Origin: Rozella allomycis CSF55
Lineage: Eukaryota
Assembly: GCA_000442015.1 (NCBI GenBank)
Contig: KE561265.1
Span: 179,735-199,734, forward strand
Direction: 5' to 3'
DNA: 20,000 nucleotides
In this document: in pieces, positions 17,722 through 20,000 of the stretch
Layout of the letters: each line of letters starts with the position of its first letter
Numbering within the stretch: position 1 is the stretch's first letter
Program-made: the position numbers and the translations under genes
Notes under the pieces: generated by a model
Database searches by the model: none
The model's input: the letters and a program-made list of their open reading frames with translations, nothing else
Told to the model about the DNA's origin: nothing

Positions 17722-20000
17722 ATGCTACACGTGTACATTGTTTGCTGTACATTGTTTTTTGGATCCCTAGTTTTAGGGGCACCAAAAGGTAGATCTGAAG
17801 TGACCAGCAGTAGGTTTGAGCAGTTGTTTTCATTTTCTCATTTTCTTGAATCTGACAAGTTTAACGATTTGTACAGGATATTTCAACAAGAGATTATCGA
17901 AGGGAAAAATATTGAAATTGCAAGATACTCGCCTTTTATTCAGAAGAGTGGCAATCGTTATGATCTTTTTGGAAAACTTATTGTTGACAACAAAGTTGCC
18001 GCAGTGGAAAAATTGTTAAAGAATAAGGACACCTATAATTGGATTTTTTCTATGAGTGGAGATGAAAAACCTTATCTTGCTATTGTTGCTGAATTCAATA
18101 GGTTTGACATTTTGAAGTTATTTGTTGATTTGGTGAAACCAGAGGACCGTTGGGTATTGTTTACAGGAACTGAAGAAGGAAAAGATCTTATTGATCTTTG
18201 TTTGGAATATAGGCGTCATGATATGATAAAGTATTTGATCAATAAACAAATAATCGAATTTGATGAGATTGAAAATTCCCGGTTTTTCGGGCCTGAGAGA
18301 AAGAAATATTTGACCGAGTGGAATAAATATGTATCTAAGAATTTGCCAAATAAACAAATAAAGCGCGTTGATTATGTAAACTATAAGCATGCTAAGAAAA
18401 CATGTGAACAGTGGTTGATAGAATTATTGCCAAACCAAAGAACGTTTACCGAATCATTTGCTCGAAAGTTGCCTGATGGGAACACGATTTTCGGGCTTTG
18501 TGCATTGAATTTGAAAAAACACGACAAATTTAAAGAGTTGTTTGACAGACTTGATAAAAAGCATTATCGTTTATTTACTATCAAGAATGCACGAGGAAAG
18601 ACTTTGCTTGAGGAATTACTTTTGAAGTATGAATATGAAAGAGTTACGCTTCTTATTAACAAAGATATGTTTCCTTTAACTTTTAGAATCAATTCCAAAT
18701 ACAACGTTGCACAATTGTTGTCTATTACCGAGTACTTTTTTTGGTTAAATGATAAAATACGCAAAATAAGTGAATCAATTCAATATTCGATCCCACCCGG
18801 TGATGATGCTGCTACCACTTACGATGAAGATGAAATTGCTGAAAGGTTTAATATGATGATAGAAATTAATCCATTTTTAAATTTTGATGATCTTGTTGAA
18901 GCATTAAACCAGAAAGCACCATTTCTACAAAGTCCGTTGATTCATTTATTGTCTACCTTTATTGCTGAAAAGGACAAGTACTTGTCTCAGGAAAACAACT
19001 TTTTTGAACTATTACTTCAAAAAACGGACGAACATAATTTTCTTTTTCGAAAAAATATATTTGGAGAAACTTTCATTAATTTTTTTGCTCGTCAATTGAT
19101 AACAATTAGGGCCCAAGGGAAAAGGGAATTTGAAGACCTCGCCATGACTGTTGAAGGTTACATTAAAGGTTGTTTACTTGCTGTTTTACATGATATGGAC
19201 AAAGATATAAGCCCTTTTATTGTAGGCGACTCAATATCTGTGCAAGATGCGTTTGTTGATGGTGATGATCCAAGTATTGTCATTGAAGCATTCATTGTGG
19301 ATAAAGCTTTCAAGTTGCTATCGGAAGTTCCTGAAAAAGAAACTAGTAATTCCAACAAGATTTTAACGAAAAAACAAGTTTCTAAAAATAACAAGAAAAA
19401 CAAGAAAAAATCTAAAAATAACACTAAAGGTAAAATACCCCCCTTAAACATTATTCAGTCAAATCTACTACGTCCAAAGAAACAGGCTCATCTAATAAAG
19501 AAGATATTTTAAATGAATCTTTAGTTGGTGCATCCGATGCAAAGGAATCTCCAGTTGATGTATCCGATGAAAAAGAAGTTTTAAATGAATCTCCAGTTAA
19601 TTTATCCGATGAAATAGAAGATTTAAATGAATGTGTAGTTAATGTATCCGATGAAAAGGAACCTCTAGTGGAAGCATTAAATGAATCAGCAGTTGTTGCA
19701 TCTGATGAAGAGGAACCTCTAGTTGAAGCATCAAGTGAATCTCCAGTTNTGTATCCGAAGAAAAGGAACCCCTAGTTGAAGCATTAAATGAATCAGCAGT
19801 TGTTGCATCTGATGAAAAGGAACCTCTAGTTGAAGCTTTAAATGAGTCTGCAGTTGATTTAGATGATGAAAAGGAAACTGAAATCAAAGTAGATGAGACG
19901 CAAACTATTAGTGAAGATATCATTGAATCCAATTCCAAGATTGTTACAGAAACGGTGGTCCCAAAAGTTCCATCGGACCAAGAAATTGAGAAGAATCTTG
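17722..20000 (+). CDS. Predicted secreted ankyrin-like repeat protein, paralog B; 3' end lies outside the window
   Basis: Strong similarity to paralog A across exon 1. Intron 19430-19458 has the same position, phase and 29-nt length as in A. Exon 2 carries acidic tandem repeats and then ISEDIIES...VPSDQEIEKNL, matching A's VSEDEIES...VPSKQEIEQNL. The frame break at N19749 is probably an assembly gap. Confidence 0.82.
19509..19876 (+). repeat. Coding minisatellite, unit up to 54 bp (LNESAVVASDEKEPLVEA)
   Basis: Recurring TTAAATGAATC(A/T)(G/C)CAGTT...TC(C/T)GATGAAAAGGAACCTCTAGTTGAAGC units with shorter degenerate units at the 5' side; N at 19749 lies inside the array. Confidence 0.9.

Noticed and set aside
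19509..19876. CRISPR-like array
   Set aside because: Units are contiguous, in frame and protein-coding with no unique spacers; the context is eukaryotic.
1545..19938. Many antisense or alternate-frame ORFs in the track (e.g. 1545-1880, 4858-5091, 6193-6444, 7691-7924, 8466-8786, 8595-8924, 18118-18390, 19158-19451, 19639-19938)
   Set aside because: They overlap well-supported genes and are explained as shadows of those genes.
1..20000. Ciliate origin or reassigned stop codons, suggested by the tiny introns
   Set aside because: TAA, TAG and TGA all terminate genes, and apparent internal stops fall inside GT-AG introns.

Overview
AT-rich, very gene-dense eukaryotic DNA using the standard genetic code. 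I reconstructed 13 protein-coding genes by hand; they contain 34 tiny GT-AG introns, all 26-31 nt. This architecture suggests a compact early-diverging fungal/opisthosporidian parasite such as a Rozella-like cryptomycote (inference, not verified). Housekeeping block: FtsJ/MRM2-like rRNA methyltransferase (5' partial), phosphatidylinositol synthase, MAK5/DDX24 helicase, TMEM230, MFSD6-like transporter, SLC35F transporter, RPC40, a GATA zinc-finger factor, a hypothetical gene, an HMG-box protein and IST3/RBMX2. The right third holds a head-to-head pair of paralogous predicted secreted proteins. The complete copy (1038 aa) has a signal peptide, degenerate ankyrin-like repeats, a Lys-rich patch, an acidic linker and a C-terminal domain that aligns motif by motif with the eIF4G MIF4G domain. 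It is a candidate secreted translation-factor mimic and the top finding. Other signals: 16- and 24-bp divergent start-to-start gaps sharing GTGGCTTGGA; AGATC(T) sites upstream of the GATA gene and both secreted paralogs; and two single-N assembly joins.
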